Below, piece after piece: positions 7,826 through 17,576 of a stretch of 40,000 nucleotides of DNA. This DNA comes from Candidatus Peregrinibacteria bacterium. Its GTDB lineage: Bacteria; Patescibacteriota; Gracilibacteria; UBA1369; PNNO01. Where the stretch lies: positions 71,546-111,545 of the forward strand of contig JAFGJT010000008.1 of the NCBI GenBank assembly GCA_016928915.1, in the 5' to 3' direction. Under the pieces are notes generated by a model. That model saw only the letters and a program-made list of their open reading frames with translations. It did not search any database and was not told the DNA's origin. The position numbers were made by a program, and so were the translations under genes. Position 1 is the first letter of the stretch, and every line of letters starts with the position of its first letter.

Positions 7826-7880
7826 TACGAATGCCGCGCCCCTGAAATCAAGGGGGCGCTTGTAGCCCTAAGAAGGGCTA
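7826..7880 (-). repeat. Bipartite stop-codon hairpin element, copy at the secY 3' end
   Basis: The secY UAA is followed directly by UAGCCCU-UCUU-AGGGCUA (7863..7880), then CAAGC-GCGCCCC...GGGGCGC (7836..7859). Confidence 0.65.
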
Positions 7881-9179
7881 TTAATAAAACTTACTGTAAT
7901 CATGCATAACAAGCTGCGCGTTTATCTGCCTCATCAGTTCAAGTACAACACCGATAATAATAATCATTCCCGCGCCGCTTATAAGAAGCGAAACCGAACC
8001 AATTCCCAGTGTGGAAAAAAGCGATCCGGTGATCATTGGCGCTACAGCAATAAATGCAATAAAAACACCACCCCATAAACATAGCCTGTTTGATACTTTT
8101 CCGAGATGATCGGAAGTTTCTTTGCCCGGTCTTATGCCGGGAATATAACCTCCTCTTTTTTGCAGATTTTCAGCTACTTGTTCGGGATTAAAAGTTATAC
8201 TTACATAAAAATATGTAAATGCGATAATTAAAAGGAAGTAAATAATTACATAGCCTATTGAATTTATTGAGAAATAGGTGAGAATCGCATCTCCGATTGC
8301 TTTTAAAGCGGGTGATTCGGAATGCTGAAAGAGTTGAGCCAGAAGTCCCGGGAAAGATGCCATTGAAACACCGAAGATAATCGGGATCATTCCCGCCTGA
8401 TTTACCCTGATGGGAAGTTCGGCATGATCGCTTTTACCCCGAACACCTCTGCCCGCGTAAATAATCGGAATTTTTCTCTGCCCTTCTGTAACAAGAATTA
8501 CTATTACAAGAAGAATAAGTGTGATAAGTATCATTAATACAAACGGCACGATACTTGTTGGATCAAACTGCGTCTGCGCAAGACTGGATGCGATGGCCAT
8601 AGGTATATTTGCGATAATGCCGGTAAAAATTATCATTGAAATTCCGTTTCCTATGCCGTGCTCCGAAATAAGTTCGCCGAGCCACATAAGGAATACTGTT
8701 CCCGCCGTTACTGTAAGCATAATGGGAATAATGACCGCTGGATTTTCAATTCCCTGCAGAATCGGCAGCTGTACCTGGGCGTTAATCAAAATAATCATTC
8801 CGTATGACTGAAGAAACGCGATAGGCACGGTTAACCACCTTGTATATTGGTTTAATTTTCTTCTGCCCTGCTCGCCTTCTTTTGAGAGGGATTCAAATTT
8901 CGGAACAATAACCGTTAAAAGCTGAATTATAATTGATGCGTTGATATAGGGTGAAAGACCCATAAGCAAAATGGAAAGGTTTTCCATGCTTCCTCCAGTA
9001 AGAGCGCTGAATACGCCGAGCAGCTGTGATTTGCTTACCGCCATTTTTACAGCTTCAAGATTTGCTCCCGGAATTGAAATCTGCGTGCAAAGTCTGTAAA
9101 TAATCAGAATTCCGATTGTGAAAATTATTTTTTTTCTTAAATCTTTGGAATTCCAGATTTGTTGAAGATATTTAAACAT
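7881..9179 (-). CDS. secY: Preprotein translocase subunit SecY
   Basis: The 432-aa polytopic membrane protein sits in the rplO-secY-adk position and carries typical SecY TM2/TM7 motifs. Confidence 0.95.
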   Translation of the reverse strand: MFKYLQQIWNSKDLRKKIIFTIGILIIYRLCTQISIPGANLEAVKMAVSKSQLLGVFSALTGGSMENLSILLMGLSPYINASIIIQLLTVIVPKFESLSKEGEQGRRKLNQYTRWLTVPIAFLQSYGMIILINAQVQLPILQGIENPAVIIPIMLTVTAGTVFLMWLGELISEHGIGNGISMIIFTGIIANIPMAIASSLAQTQFDPTSIVPFVLMILITLILLVIVILVTEGQRKIPIIYAGRGVRGKSDHAELPIRVNQAGMIPIIFGVSMASFPGLLAQLFQHSESPALKAIGDAILTYFSINSIGYVIIYFLLIIAFTYFYVSITFNPEQVAENLQKRGGYIPGIRPGKETSDHLGKVSNRLCLWGGVFIAFIAVAPMITGSLFSTLGIGSVSLLISGAGMIIIIGVVLELMRQINAQLVMHDYSKFY

Positions 9180-9195
9180 AATCTAAATTAGTTAA

Positions 9196-9660
9196 TTAAG
9201 AAGCCTTTTGTCTTGGGGGTGGAAGCTCCAGTTTTGAACCTGCTTTTTCAAGTTTTTCTTTTGCCGCGTTTGCCGCAGCATCGGCATAAACTGTGAGTTT
9301 TTTTTGTAAATCACCGTTCCCGAGAAGTTTTACAGGTTTTGAGAGCGAACCGATAAGTCCTTTTTTATAAAGAGCTTCTTTATCCACTTTAGCCCCGTCT
9401 TCAAAAACATTCAAATCTTTAAGATTTATTATGCTGTAATTTATGCGTTTAATACTTTTAAAACCTTTAAGCTTCGGAAGTTTTCTTATCAGCGGCGTTT
9501 GACCTCCTTCAAAGCCCGGCCTTCGTCTGCCGCCGCTTCGGGAATTTTGGCCTTTCATTCCGCGCGATGAATAAGTGCCGTGTCCGGATCCGTTTCCGCG
9601 TCCGACTCTTTTTTTTGCATGCCTTGCGCCTTTTTTGCTTCTAAGTTTTAATAAATCCAT
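9196..9660 (-). CDS. rplO: 50S ribosomal protein L15
   Basis: The Gly/Arg-rich N-terminus KRVGRGNGSGHGTYSSRGMKGQNSRSGG is typical of L15. Confidence 0.93.
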   Translation of the reverse strand: MDLLKLRSKKGARHAKKRVGRGNGSGHGTYSSRGMKGQNSRSGGRRRPGFEGGQTPLIRKLPKLKGFKSIKRINYSIINLKDLNVFEDGAKVDKEALYKKGLIGSLSKPVKLLGNGDLQKKLTVYADAAANAAKEKLEKAGSKLELPPPRQKAS

Positions 9661-9675
9661 TGTATATAATCGTTA

Positions 9676-10236
9676 TTATTTTTTAGACTGTTGCTTCTCC
9701 AGTGGTTTTTGTAATGGAACTGTTTGCACCTGCGGCCGCTGTGCTTCTTTTTTAACAGGAGCTGTTCTCTGTCTTAATAAGCCCAGGGCTTTAAATGCAG
9801 CCTGTGTGTTTGCTACTCTGTTATTCGTCCCCAAACATTTGCTTAAAATATTTTTAATCCCGGCAAGACCGACAAGTTTTCTTAGGGGGCCTCCGGCTAT
9901 AATACCTGTACCCGGACCGGCGGGCATCATTAATATTTTTGCGCTCTTATACTTGATTTTAATGTCATGAGGGATTGTGGAATTTATAATCGGCACTCGT
10001 ATCAAAGATTTTTTTGCCTGCACAATAGCTTTTTGGATTGATGCCGTTACTTCGTTCGCTTTACCTACTCCTATGCCTATTCTTCCTTTTTTATCGCCGA
10101 TCGCAACAGTTGCTCTAAATCTCATTCTTCTTCCACCTTTAACAACACGAGTAACACGATCAATCTGAATTACTTCTTCTTCGAATTCTTTTGCTTCTTT
10201 AATGGGATTTCTTCCTTTATGTGCTGGTTTAGCCAC
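9676..10236 (-). CDS. rpsE: 30S ribosomal protein S5 (GTG start, C-terminal tail)
   Basis: VIQIDRVTRVVKGGRRMRFRATVAIGDKKGRIGIGVGKANEV is the S5 dsRBD signature. Confidence 0.93.
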   Translation of the reverse strand: MAKPAHKGRNPIKEAKEFEEEVIQIDRVTRVVKGGRRMRFRATVAIGDKKGRIGIGVGKANEVTASIQKAIVQAKKSLIRVPIINSTIPHDIKIKYKSAKILMMPAGPGTGIIAGGPLRKLVGLAGIKNILSKCLGTNNRVANTQAAFKALGLLRQRTAPVKKEAQRPQVQTVPLQKPLEKQQSKK

Positions 10237-10261
10237 GGTACTTTTTGATTAAGTGATATGT

Positions 10262-10606
10262 TTAGAATTTAAGACCGCCTTCGCGCGCTCCTTCTGCAAG
10301 CGCTTTAACCCGGCCGTGATATTTAAATCCATTTCTGTCAAAAACAACTTTTGTAATTTTTGCATCAAGGGCTTTTTTTGCAATTTCCGTGCCGACTGAC
10401 TTGGCCGATTCCTGCTTTTTGCCCTTCTTGCTTTTTAAATCCGAAGCTGCGACAAGTGTTTTTTTTGCATCGTCATCAATTATCTGTGCGTATATATTTG
10501 CGTTGCTTTTAAATACAACCAGTCTTGGACACTGTTTTGTGCCGCTCATCCTGGAAATAATTCTTGCATGCCTCCTTTGTCTTAATTCTTTCTTTGTAGA
10601 TTTCAT
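10262..10606 (-). CDS. rplR: 50S ribosomal protein L18
   Basis: [35 protein letters not shown]...[26 protein letters not shown] matches L18. Confidence 0.93.
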   Translation of the reverse strand: MKSTKKELRQRRHARIISRMSGTKQCPRLVVFKSNANIYAQIIDDDAKKTLVAASDLKSKKGKKQESAKSVGTEIAKKALDAKITKVVFDRNGFKYHGRVKALAEGAREGGLKF

Positions 10607-10629
10607 ATTAAGTTGATAATTAGATTGTT

Positions 10630-11181
10630 TTATTCTCCTTTTGCGGCAGCTTTACCGGCTTTTCTGGGAACGTTTTCCCCAACATAACGTATTCCTTTGC
10701 CTTTGTAAGGCTCGGGTTTTTTGTATGATCTTATTTTCGCCGCAACTTCTCCCAGCATTTGTTTGTCAATACCGCTTATAATCACAATATTCTTTTTTTC
10801 TTTATCAATTTCGAACATTATTCCTTTTGGAGCGATATATTCAATCGGATGAGAAAATCCGAGATTTAACGTAAGTTTTGACCCTGAGGCCGCGGCTTTA
10901 TAACCTACACCAATAATTTCAAGACGTTTTTCAAATCCTTTTGTTACCCCTTCAACCATATTTGAGACCAGTTTTCGCGTAAGACCGTGAAGGCTGCGTG
11001 TTGGCTTGTCATCAGCGGTTCTTGTAAATACAATCTGACCGTCCTTTATTTCAAGTTTTATTGATGGATGTAATTTTTCATTCAGTTCTCCCTTGGGGCC
11101 TTTAAGTGTGATTTTATTGTCCTTGATATCTATCGTAACCCCGTTCGGGACTGTAACCGGTAATTTTCCTATTCGTGACAT
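10630..11181 (-). CDS. rplF: 50S ribosomal protein L6
   Basis: [19 protein letters not shown]...LKGPKGEL is an L6 N-terminus. Confidence 0.93.
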   Translation of the reverse strand: MSRIGKLPVTVPNGVTIDIKDNKITLKGPKGELNEKLHPSIKLEIKDGQIVFTRTADDKPTRSLHGLTRKLVSNMVEGVTKGFEKRLEIIGVGYKAAASGSKLTLNLGFSHPIEYIAPKGIMFEIDKEKKNIVIISGIDKQMLGEVAAKIRSYKKPEPYKGKGIRYVGENVPRKAGKAAAKGE

Positions 11182-11203
11182 GATAGTTTAAAGTAATAAT
11201 ATA

Positions 11204-11590
11204 TTAGTATATTTCGCACAGTACTTCTCCGCCGACATTCTGTTTTCTTGCTTCGTATCCGGCCATAACTCCTTTGGGAGTGGAAACCACAAGAAGTCCC
11301 AGACCGCTTTTTATTTTCGGAAGATTTTTGCTGGAGAAGTGAATTCTCTGTCCGGGCTTAGAGATTCTTTTAAGGTGCAGAGGCTCCCTTGTCCAGGAAT
11401 TTAACGTTATAACAAGTTCCTTGAATTTTCCGGCTGCTTTAACCTCATAGCCCTGTATAAACTTTTTTGACAGCAATACCTTTGTGATCTGCTCTTTTAA
11501 TTTTGAATAAGGAATACGTGTTTTTTCCTGTTTTACACGGGATGCGTTTCTTAGCCTTGTTAGGTAATCTGCTATAGGATCTGTGGTCAT
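11204..11590 (-). CDS. rpsH: 30S ribosomal protein S8
   Basis: TDPIADYLTRLRNASRVKQEK is the S8 signature. Confidence 0.93.
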   Translation of the reverse strand: MTTDPIADYLTRLRNASRVKQEKTRIPYSKLKEQITKVLLSKKFIQGYEVKAAGKFKELVITLNSWTREPLHLKRISKPGQRIHFSSKNLPKIKSGLGLLVVSTPKGVMAGYEARKQNVGGEVLCEIY

Positions 11591-11632
11591 GTTATGTATT
11601 AAGTAATTAAGTGATTGAGTTTTGTAAGAAAG

Positions 11633-11690
11633 AGAATGAAGATTGCGGCCCTTTAAAGCCAGGGGCCGCTTATAGCCCTAGGAAGGGCTA
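11633..11690 (-). repeat. Bipartite stop-codon hairpin element, copy at the rpsN 3' end
   Basis: The rpsN UGA is followed directly by UAGCCCU-UCCU-AGGGCUA (11673..11690), then UAAGC-GCGGCCCC...GGGCCGC (11645..11669), then AAUCUUCAUUCU. Confidence 0.65.
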
Positions 11691-11915
11691 TCACCAGCTT
11701 GATTTTGTCATGCCTGATATTTTTCCCTGCTGGGCAAGTTCACGGAGACAAATTCTGCACATGTCGAATTTCCTCAGATATCCGTGGTTGCGGCCGCATA
11801 AGGGGCAACGGTTATATACTCTTGTGGGAAATTTTGGTTTCTTTCCGGCTTCAAGAGATTTTAAATAATTCTGCTGTTTTCTGGTTGTGCTGATTCGTAA
11901 TGATTTGCGAGCCAT
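11691..11915 (-). CDS. rpsN: 30S ribosomal protein S14, zinc-binding (type Z-like); start trimmed to the ATG at 11915
   Basis: MARKSLRIS...[38 protein letters not shown] has CxxC...CxxC. The longer track ORF would overlap rplE. Confidence 0.9.
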   Translation of the reverse strand: MARKSLRISTTRKQQNYLKSLEAGKKPKFPTRVYNRCPLCGRNHGYLRKFDMCRICLRELAQQGKISGMTKSSW

Positions 11916-11928
11916 ATATAATATTATG

Positions 11929-12471
11929 TTAATCTTTTTTAAACGGGAAACCCAGCGCGGTAAGAAGCGCCAGCCCATGTTCGTTATTTTTTGCGCTTGT
12001 TTCAATGCATACTTGAAGACCGTGTATTTTTACAATGTCATCCGGATTAATTTCAGGAAAAACAAGATGCTCTTTTATTCCGAAAGAATAGTTGCCTTTG
12101 CCGTCAAAAGCTTTTTTTGAAATTCCCCTGAAATCTCTTATACGCGGCATAACAACATTAACGAGTTTGTTAACAAAGTCCCACATTCTTTCCCCTCTTA
12201 AAGTAACACGAACGCCGCTTGGCATTCCGATTCTTGTTTTGAAATTTGAAATAGCTTTTTTTGCCTTTGTTACAACCGGCTTTTGACCTGTTATCGTTTT
12301 AACGTTATCAATAAATTCTGAAAAATCTTTTGTGCCGCTGGTATAAAAATGTCCAAGACCCGCATTAATCACCACTTTTTTAAGAGTAGGAACAGCATTA
12401 ACATTTTTAATGCCCAGTGATTTTTTAAGTTCCGGCGCTATCTGTTTTTTAAACTTCTCCTTTAATTTCAT
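11929..12471 (-). CDS. rplE: 50S ribosomal protein L5
   Basis: The 180-aa ORF shows the conserved L5 pattern ([18 protein letters not shown]...[20 protein letters not shown]). Confidence 0.93.
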   Translation of the reverse strand: MKLKEKFKKQIAPELKKSLGIKNVNAVPTLKKVVINAGLGHFYTSGTKDFSEFIDNVKTITGQKPVVTKAKKAISNFKTRIGMPSGVRVTLRGERMWDFVNKLVNVVMPRIRDFRGISKKAFDGKGNYSFGIKEHLVFPEINPDDIVKIHGLQVCIETSAKNNEHGLALLTALGFPFKKD

Positions 12472-12479
12472 ATTATTAA

Positions 12480-12812
12480 TTATTTTTTAGTTGTTTGAGA
12501 TATTTTATCCAGAGATTCTTTGCATTTTTTACATACTCTCTGCTTTTTTCCGTTTTCAAGAATTTTGTATCCAACCCTGGTGGCTTTTTTGCAGTTCGGG
12601 CATATAACCATTACGTTTGATACGTCAATCGGGGCTTCATGCTGTATTTTACTGCCCGGCTTCTGCTGGGTCTTTTTGATATGCTTTGTGATAAGGTTGA
12701 TTTTTTCAACAACAATCTTTTTTTCTTTTTCCATTGTTCGCAGAATTTTACCGCTTTTACCGCGATTTTTTCCTGCTATAACGATCACATTGTCATTTGT
12801 TTTTACCTTCAT
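12480..12812 (-). CDS. rplX: 50S ribosomal protein L24 (with a Cys4 knuckle)
   Basis: A KOW motif (VIVIAGKNRGKSGKI) and the conserved EAPIDVSNVM segment, then CPNC...CKKC. Confidence 0.92.
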   Translation of the reverse strand: MKVKTNDNVIVIAGKNRGKSGKILRTMEKEKKIVVEKINLITKHIKKTQQKPGSKIQHEAPIDVSNVMVICPNCKKATRVGYKILENGKKQRVCKKCKESLDKISQTTKK

Positions 12813-12825
12813 ATTATTAATATAG

Positions 12826-13191
12826 TTATACTACTTCGGGAGCCAGTGAAATGATTTTTTGGAATCTGTCACGGAGTTCGCGTGCAACCGGTCCAAAAAC
12901 ACGTGTGCCTTTTGGCACAAAATCATTGCCAACTATTACAATTGCGTTTTCATCAAATCTTACATATGAACCGTCGGATCTTTTTACCGGACTTTTTGTT
13001 CTTACTATAACGGCTTTTTGAATGGTTTTCTTTTTTACCACCCCTTTTGGCGCTGCGTCTTTTATAGTGACAACAATTATATCACCAAGGCCGGCGTATC
13101 TTCTGCGCGTGCCGCCCAGCACTTTAATACACTGCGCAAGTTTTGCGCCCGTATTATCCGCGATCTGTAACATTGTTCTGTGTTGTATCAT
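12826..13191 (-). CDS. rplN: 50S ribosomal protein L14
   Basis: [27 protein letters not shown] is a canonical L14 N-terminus. Confidence 0.95.
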   Translation of the reverse strand: MIQHRTMLQIADNTGAKLAQCIKVLGGTRRRYAGLGDIIVVTIKDAAPKGVVKKKTIQKAVIVRTKSPVKRSDGSYVRFDENAIVIVGNDFVPKGTRVFGPVARELRDRFQKIISLAPEVV

Positions 13192-13193
13192 AT

Positions 13194-13445
13194 TTAAGCT
13201 GGTTCTTTATTGGTTGTGGTTTGCGGTTTGATTACCGTCCATCTTTTTAATTTTGACAGGGGCCTCGTTTCATAGATAGTCACTTCATCTCCTACGGCAT
13301 ATTTGCCTTCCGGCACATCAGCGTAATATTTTTTTGAAGTTTTGTATCTTTTTAAATATTTAGGATGGGTTTTATAAGCATATACTGTAACCACCAATGT
13401 TTTATTCATTTTCGTACTTGTCACAACTCCTTTTTTTGATCTCAT
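13194..13445 (-). CDS. rpsQ: 30S ribosomal protein S17
   Basis: [39 protein letters not shown] matches S17. Confidence 0.93.
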   Translation of the reverse strand: MRSKKGVVTSTKMNKTLVVTVYAYKTHPKYLKRYKTSKKYYADVPEGKYAVGDEVTIYETRPLSKLKRWTVIKPQTTTNKEPA

Positions 13446-13460
13446 GGTTGTATAGTTAGG

Positions 13461-13688
13461 TTATACTGTTTTTTGGCTCATAAATTTCTTTTTTTCTTCT
13501 ATAAGAGTTTCTTTTTGAATTGTAAGAATCTGCGCCCTGTATTTTTTTAATTTTCTTAAATCGTTTGAAGCTTTTGAAGATCCCGTCTTGACCTCAAAAT
13601 TCAGCTTAAACAGTTTTTTTGTCGCATCAGCGAGCTCCGCGCTTACTTCTTCTTTTGACATTTTTTTTAATTCTTCAAGCTTTAACAT
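13461..13688 (-). CDS. rpmC: 50S ribosomal protein L29
   Basis: A 75-aa helical protein between rplP and rpsQ, with the L29 pattern LKKMSKEEVSAELADATKKLFKLNFE. Confidence 0.9.
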   Translation of the reverse strand: MLKLEELKKMSKEEVSAELADATKKLFKLNFEVKTGSSKASNDLRKLKKYRAQILTIQKETLIEEKKKFMSQKTV

Positions 13689-13701
13689 TATTATTTTCTG
13701 G

Positions 13702-14112
13702 TTAATATTCTATTACTTTTGTTTTAACGGGCAGTTTATATCCGGCTTTTTTTAAGGCCTCATAAGCTACTTGTTTTGTTACGCCGTCCATTTCAAATAA
13801 AATTCTTCCGGCTTTTACCGTGTCAACAAACAGTTCCGGAGCTCCTTTTCCTGATCCCATGGGAACCTCCTGCGCCTTTTTGGTTAGAGGTTTGTGGGGA
13901 AACATTCTTATCCATACTTTTCCTCCTCTTTTGGTAAAATGAGTGATTACTTTTCTTGCGGCCTCAATTTGTCTTGAAGTAATTTCTGCGGAACTTTGCG
14001 CTTTTAAGGCATATTGCCCGAAACTAATCTGTGTTCCGCTTGTGGCTTTACCTTTCAAGTCACTTCGCCCTCTTTGTGCTTTTCTGAATTTTAATCTTTT
14101 TGGTGCTAACAT
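13702..14112 (-). CDS. rplP: 50S ribosomal protein L16
   Basis: [16 protein letters not shown]...[30 protein letters not shown] matches L16. Confidence 0.95.
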   Translation of the reverse strand: MLAPKRLKFRKAQRGRSDLKGKATSGTQISFGQYALKAQSSAEITSRQIEAARKVITHFTKRGGKVWIRMFPHKPLTKKAQEVPMGSGKGAPELFVDTVKAGRILFEMDGVTKQVAYEALKKAGYKLPVKTKVIEY

Positions 14113-14130
14113 AATTTAATTAACTTATTA

Positions 14131-14877
14131 TTATTTCTTTGCTGTTTTTGCGGCTTTTGTTCTGCCCGCTGGTCTTGTTTCTTTTACGGGGATTTGTTTT
14201 CTTGCGGTGGGTCTTTCAGTCGTCATCTGCGTTACGACCCCCGATTCTCTTTTAAATATATCTCCTTTGTAAATCCAGACCTTAACTCCTATGGTGCCGT
14301 AAGTCGTTACAGCCGGAATATATGCGTAATCAATATCAGACCTTAAGGTATGAAGAGGAATTTTGCCTTTTGAGTAAAATTCTTCTCTTGCTATTTCAAC
14401 ACCGTTTAACCTTCCTGACGCTCTTACTTTAACGCCCTGTGCTCCAGCTTCAAGGGCTTTTTCGATGGCCATTTTCGCGGCGCGTCTGTATGAAATCCTT
14501 TTTTCAATCTGCTTTGCAATTGAATCGGCCGTAAGGCGCGCGTCAAGCGCGGGCTGTTTAATTTCAACAATATTTACAGTGAATTTATTATTAAACTTTT
14601 TTTCAAGTTCTTCACGCAGAGCTTCAATTGTTTCGCCGCCTCTTCCGATGATTACGCCGGGTTTTGACGTGTGGATATTAATCGTTACCGCATTTGCCGT
14701 TCTTAAAATTTCTATTTTTGAAACCCCCGCGTCATTCATTTTCTTTCTTAATAATTTTTCAATTGCAATATCCTGATGAAGAATTTTCGCAAATTTTTTC
14801 TTGTTTGCATACCACTTTGTATCCCAAGTGCGATTTATTCCTATTCTCAGCCCTATTGGATTTACTTTTTGTCCCAT
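14131..14877 (-). CDS. rpsC: 30S ribosomal protein S3 (C-terminal basic tail)
   Basis: MGQKVNPIGLRIGINRTWDTKWYA plus KH and S3-C domains. Confidence 0.95.
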   Translation of the reverse strand: MGQKVNPIGLRIGINRTWDTKWYANKKKFAKILHQDIAIEKLLRKKMNDAGVSKIEILRTANAVTINIHTSKPGVIIGRGGETIEALREELEKKFNNKFTVNIVEIKQPALDARLTADSIAKQIEKRISYRRAAKMAIEKALEAGAQGVKVRASGRLNGVEIAREEFYSKGKIPLHTLRSDIDYAYIPAVTTYGTIGVKVWIYKGDIFKRESGVVTQMTTERPTARKQIPVKETRPAGRTKAAKTAKK

Positions 14878-14886
14878 AATAATTTT

Positions 14887-15378
14887 TTAAGATTTAGTGG
14901 TCGGAGTCCCGCTCTGGCGGGGTTCCTTCTTTTTAGTGATTTTTTTTGCGATTGTTTTTTTTGGAGGAATGGGCCTTACCTGTGTTGCGGGTTCCTCCGC
15001 CTTTTCTGTTTTCACCGCTTTAACTTTTTCTTTTGCTTCTGTTTTTTCTCCTTCTGCAAGCCCTACAGTAACCGATATGTGAGCGGTTCTTTTTAATATC
15101 GGATGCATTCTTCCTCGCGATATCGGTATGCTTCTTTTTAATGTAGGTCCTTCAGTCACAACTATTTCTTTTATCAATAAATTATCTTTTTTCTGTTTAA
15201 AATTATTTTCAGCATTTGATACCGCGCTCTTTATAACTTTGTAAAGCATATGCGCGGCTTTTTTTGGAGTGTGTTTTAGGATTGCAAGTGCGTTTTCGGC
15301 ATTTTGTCCTCGAACAAGTCCCGCAACCAAATTTGCTTTCTTTGAGGAGATCCTTTGATGTCGTGCGATTGCTTTCAC
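14887..15378 (-). CDS. rplV: 50S ribosomal protein L22 (GTG start, about 50-aa C-terminal extension)
   Basis: ARHQRISSKKANLVAGLVRGQNAENALAILKHTPKKAA is the L22 signature. The tail is K/E/T-rich. Confidence 0.92.
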   Translation of the reverse strand: MKAIARHQRISSKKANLVAGLVRGQNAENALAILKHTPKKAAHMLYKVIKSAVSNAENNFKQKKDNLLIKEIVVTEGPTLKRSIPISRGRMHPILKRTAHISVTVGLAEGEKTEAKEKVKAVKTEKAEEPATQVRPIPPKKTIAKKITKKKEPRQSGTPTTKS

Positions 15379-15392
15379 TTTTAGTTAGTTAA

Positions 15393-15716
15393 TTATTTTG
15401 CTGGTGCGGACGGTGCTGTTTGCTGCGGAGCAGCATCTGTTCCTGTCATTTTGGCCAGTTTTCCGCCGTGGCCTTTGAATTTTCTTGTCGGAGAGAATTC
15501 TCCGAGTTTATGACCCACCATATTTTCTGTAACAAATACGGGAATATGTTGCTTGCCGTTATGAACTCCGAATGTGTGGCCTACGAATTCCGGTGATATT
15601 GCCGATCTGCGAGCCCACGTTTTGATTACCCTGTGTTGTCCCGTTGCGTTCATTGCCTGGACTTTTTTAAGTAATTTTGGATCTATGTACGGGCCTTTTT
15701 TACTGCTTCGTCCCAT
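15393..15716 (-). CDS. rpsS: 30S ribosomal protein S19
   Basis: [18 protein letters not shown]...[42 protein letters not shown] matches S19. Confidence 0.95.
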   Translation of the reverse strand: MGRSSKKGPYIDPKLLKKVQAMNATGQHRVIKTWARRSAISPEFVGHTFGVHNGKQHIPVFVTENMVGHKLGEFSPTRKFKGHGGKLAKMTGTDAAPQQTAPSAPAK

Positions 15717-15732
15717 ATTAATGGTTAGTTAA

Positions 15733-16575
15733 TTATTTCTTGTTTCTATGACGTGATTTAACAATCAGTCTGTCGGAATATTTTCTTTTGCGTGTTTTAA
15801 ATCCGAGCGCCGGCATACCCCACGGTGTTTTTGGATGAGGAAGACCGATAGGCTGACAGCCTTCTCCACCACCGTGCGGATGGTCAACCGGATTCATAAC
15901 TTTTCCTCTTACGGTCGGCTTAATACCCATATGTCTTTTTCTTCCGGCTTTTCCTATGCTAACTTTTGCGTAATCTATATTGCTTACTATACCGACACTT
16001 GCGAAACATCTTTTATCTATATGTCTTACTTCACCCGAAGGCATTCCGACCTGTGTAAATTTTGCGTCATCGTGCGATACAACTGTTGCATATGACCCTG
16101 CCGACCTTATTAACTGGCCGCCTTTTTCATGTCTTACTTCGATATTATGCACCATAAAGCCCACCGGTATATTTTTTATCATGCACCTTGAACCTTTTTT
16201 TAATTTTGCTTTGTCCGCCATCATTACTTTTGTCCCCACCTTAATTCCTTCGGGGGCAATGTGATACCTTTTATCTCCGTCCCTGTAATTAACAAGCATA
16301 ATATATGCCGTTCTGTACGGATCGTATTCTATAGCGGCAACTTTTCCCTCAATGCCCTTTTTATCTATCTGATTAAAATCAATCATTCTGTAAAGCCTTT
16401 TATGACCTCCTCCGTGGTGGCGGGTCGTAATTTTACCCTGATTGTTTCTTCCGGCGCGACGCTTGAGTCTGATTGTTAACTTTTTTTCGGGCTTCGTTTT
16501 TGTAACCTCCTCAAAAGTAAGGTAGCTTAGCTGTCTTGATCCGGGAGTCGTGGGTTTTAGTTTTCTTATAGGCAT
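15733..16575 (-). CDS. rplB: 50S ribosomal protein L2
   Basis: The 280-aa ORF contains RHHGGGHKR and NPVDHPHGGGEG motifs. Confidence 0.96.
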   Translation of the reverse strand: MPIRKLKPTTPGSRQLSYLTFEEVTKTKPEKKLTIRLKRRAGRNNQGKITTRHHGGGHKRLYRMIDFNQIDKKGIEGKVAAIEYDPYRTAYIMLVNYRDGDKRYHIAPEGIKVGTKVMMADKAKLKKGSRCMIKNIPVGFMVHNIEVRHEKGGQLIRSAGSYATVVSHDDAKFTQVGMPSGEVRHIDKRCFASVGIVSNIDYAKVSIGKAGRKRHMGIKPTVRGKVMNPVDHPHGGGEGCQPIGLPHPKTPWGMPALGFKTRKRKYSDRLIVKSRHRNKK

Positions 16576-16895
16576 TATTGCTTCTTTTTAGATTCTTTTT
16601 TTACGTCTTTAAATTTAGTAACATCAATGACTTTTCCGCCTTTTATTCTTATAACGGCTTTTTTACCCGCTTTTCTTTTTACAAACAAATTTCGTCCTCT
16701 TATAAGTCTTGTTTTTGGTCTTACATTTATGATTGCCACGCTTGCGACTTCAGCTCCGTAAATTTCTTTTATGGCATTTTTGACGTCGATTTTAGTGGCG
16801 TCCGGATTTATTTTAAACACATATTTTGCCTTATCCGAGAGCATCGTGCTCTTTTCGGTTGTTATCGGTTCTTTTATGACTGAAAATATATCCAT
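16575..16895 (-). CDS. rplW: 50S ribosomal protein L23
   Basis: IKEPITTEKSTMLSDKAKYVFKINPDATKIDVKNAIKEIYG matches L23. It shares one base with rplB. Confidence 0.93.
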   Translation of the reverse strand: MDIFSVIKEPITTEKSTMLSDKAKYVFKINPDATKIDVKNAIKEIYGAEVASVAIINVRPKTRLIRGRNLFVKRKAGKKAVIRIKGGKVIDVTKFKDVKKESKKKQ

Positions 16896-16905
16896 AATAT
16901 ATTAA

Positions 16906-17574
16906 TTATTCTGGTTTAGCTGTTTTGGTTATTTTTTCTTTTTTTGCCGTGATTACAAACACTTCTTCCATTTTCTTTAATGCGTCTTTTAAGAACATAA
17001 CTTTTTCATGAGATTGAAGATCGGCAATATTTAAATAATTTACAAGTATGGTTTTTACGTAAGGTATGTTTCTTGCGGATTTTTGGATGATTTCATTTTT
17101 TGCGGGAATAACAACAAGCAGATCTTTTTCAACAGGCAGTTTTTGCACCATTTCCGCGAACGTTCTGGTTTTTACCTCTTGCGCATCGTAATTTTCAAGC
17201 GCAAAAATTTCATTATTTTTAGCCTTAACGGTAAGGGCGGAAAACAACGCGGCCCTTCTTTGTTTTTGAGGCATCATAACTTTATAATTTCTAACATTTC
17301 TGGGGCCGAATGCAACTCCTCCGCCTTTCCACTGTGGATTTCTTGATGAACCCTGACGTGCGCGGCCCGTTCCTTTTTGCGAATATGGTTTTTTGCCGCC
17401 TCCTCTAACTTCGGCTTTTGTCAAAGTGTGTGCGTAGGGATTTCTTCGGTTGGCATGCTGCATAACAAGAGCCTGGTGCATAAGATCCATATTGACCTTT
17501 GCGTCAAAATATTCTTTTCTGACTTCAACCTGTCCCTTTTTTTCACCTGTCTGTGTGTATAAATCCAGTTTCAT
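16906..17574 (-). CDS. rplD: 50S ribosomal protein L4
   Basis: HTLTKAEVRGGGKKPYSQKGTGRARQGSSRNPQWKGGGVAFGP is the L4 signature. Confidence 0.94.
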   Translation of the reverse strand: MKLDLYTQTGEKKGQVEVRKEYFDAKVNMDLMHQALVMQHANRRNPYAHTLTKAEVRGGGKKPYSQKGTGRARQGSSRNPQWKGGGVAFGPRNVRNYKVMMPQKQRRAALFSALTVKAKNNEIFALENYDAQEVKTRTFAEMVQKLPVEKDLLVVIPAKNEIIQKSARNIPYVKTILVNYLNIADLQSHEKVMFLKDALKKMEEVFVITAKKEKITKTAKPE

Positions 17575-17576
17575 AA

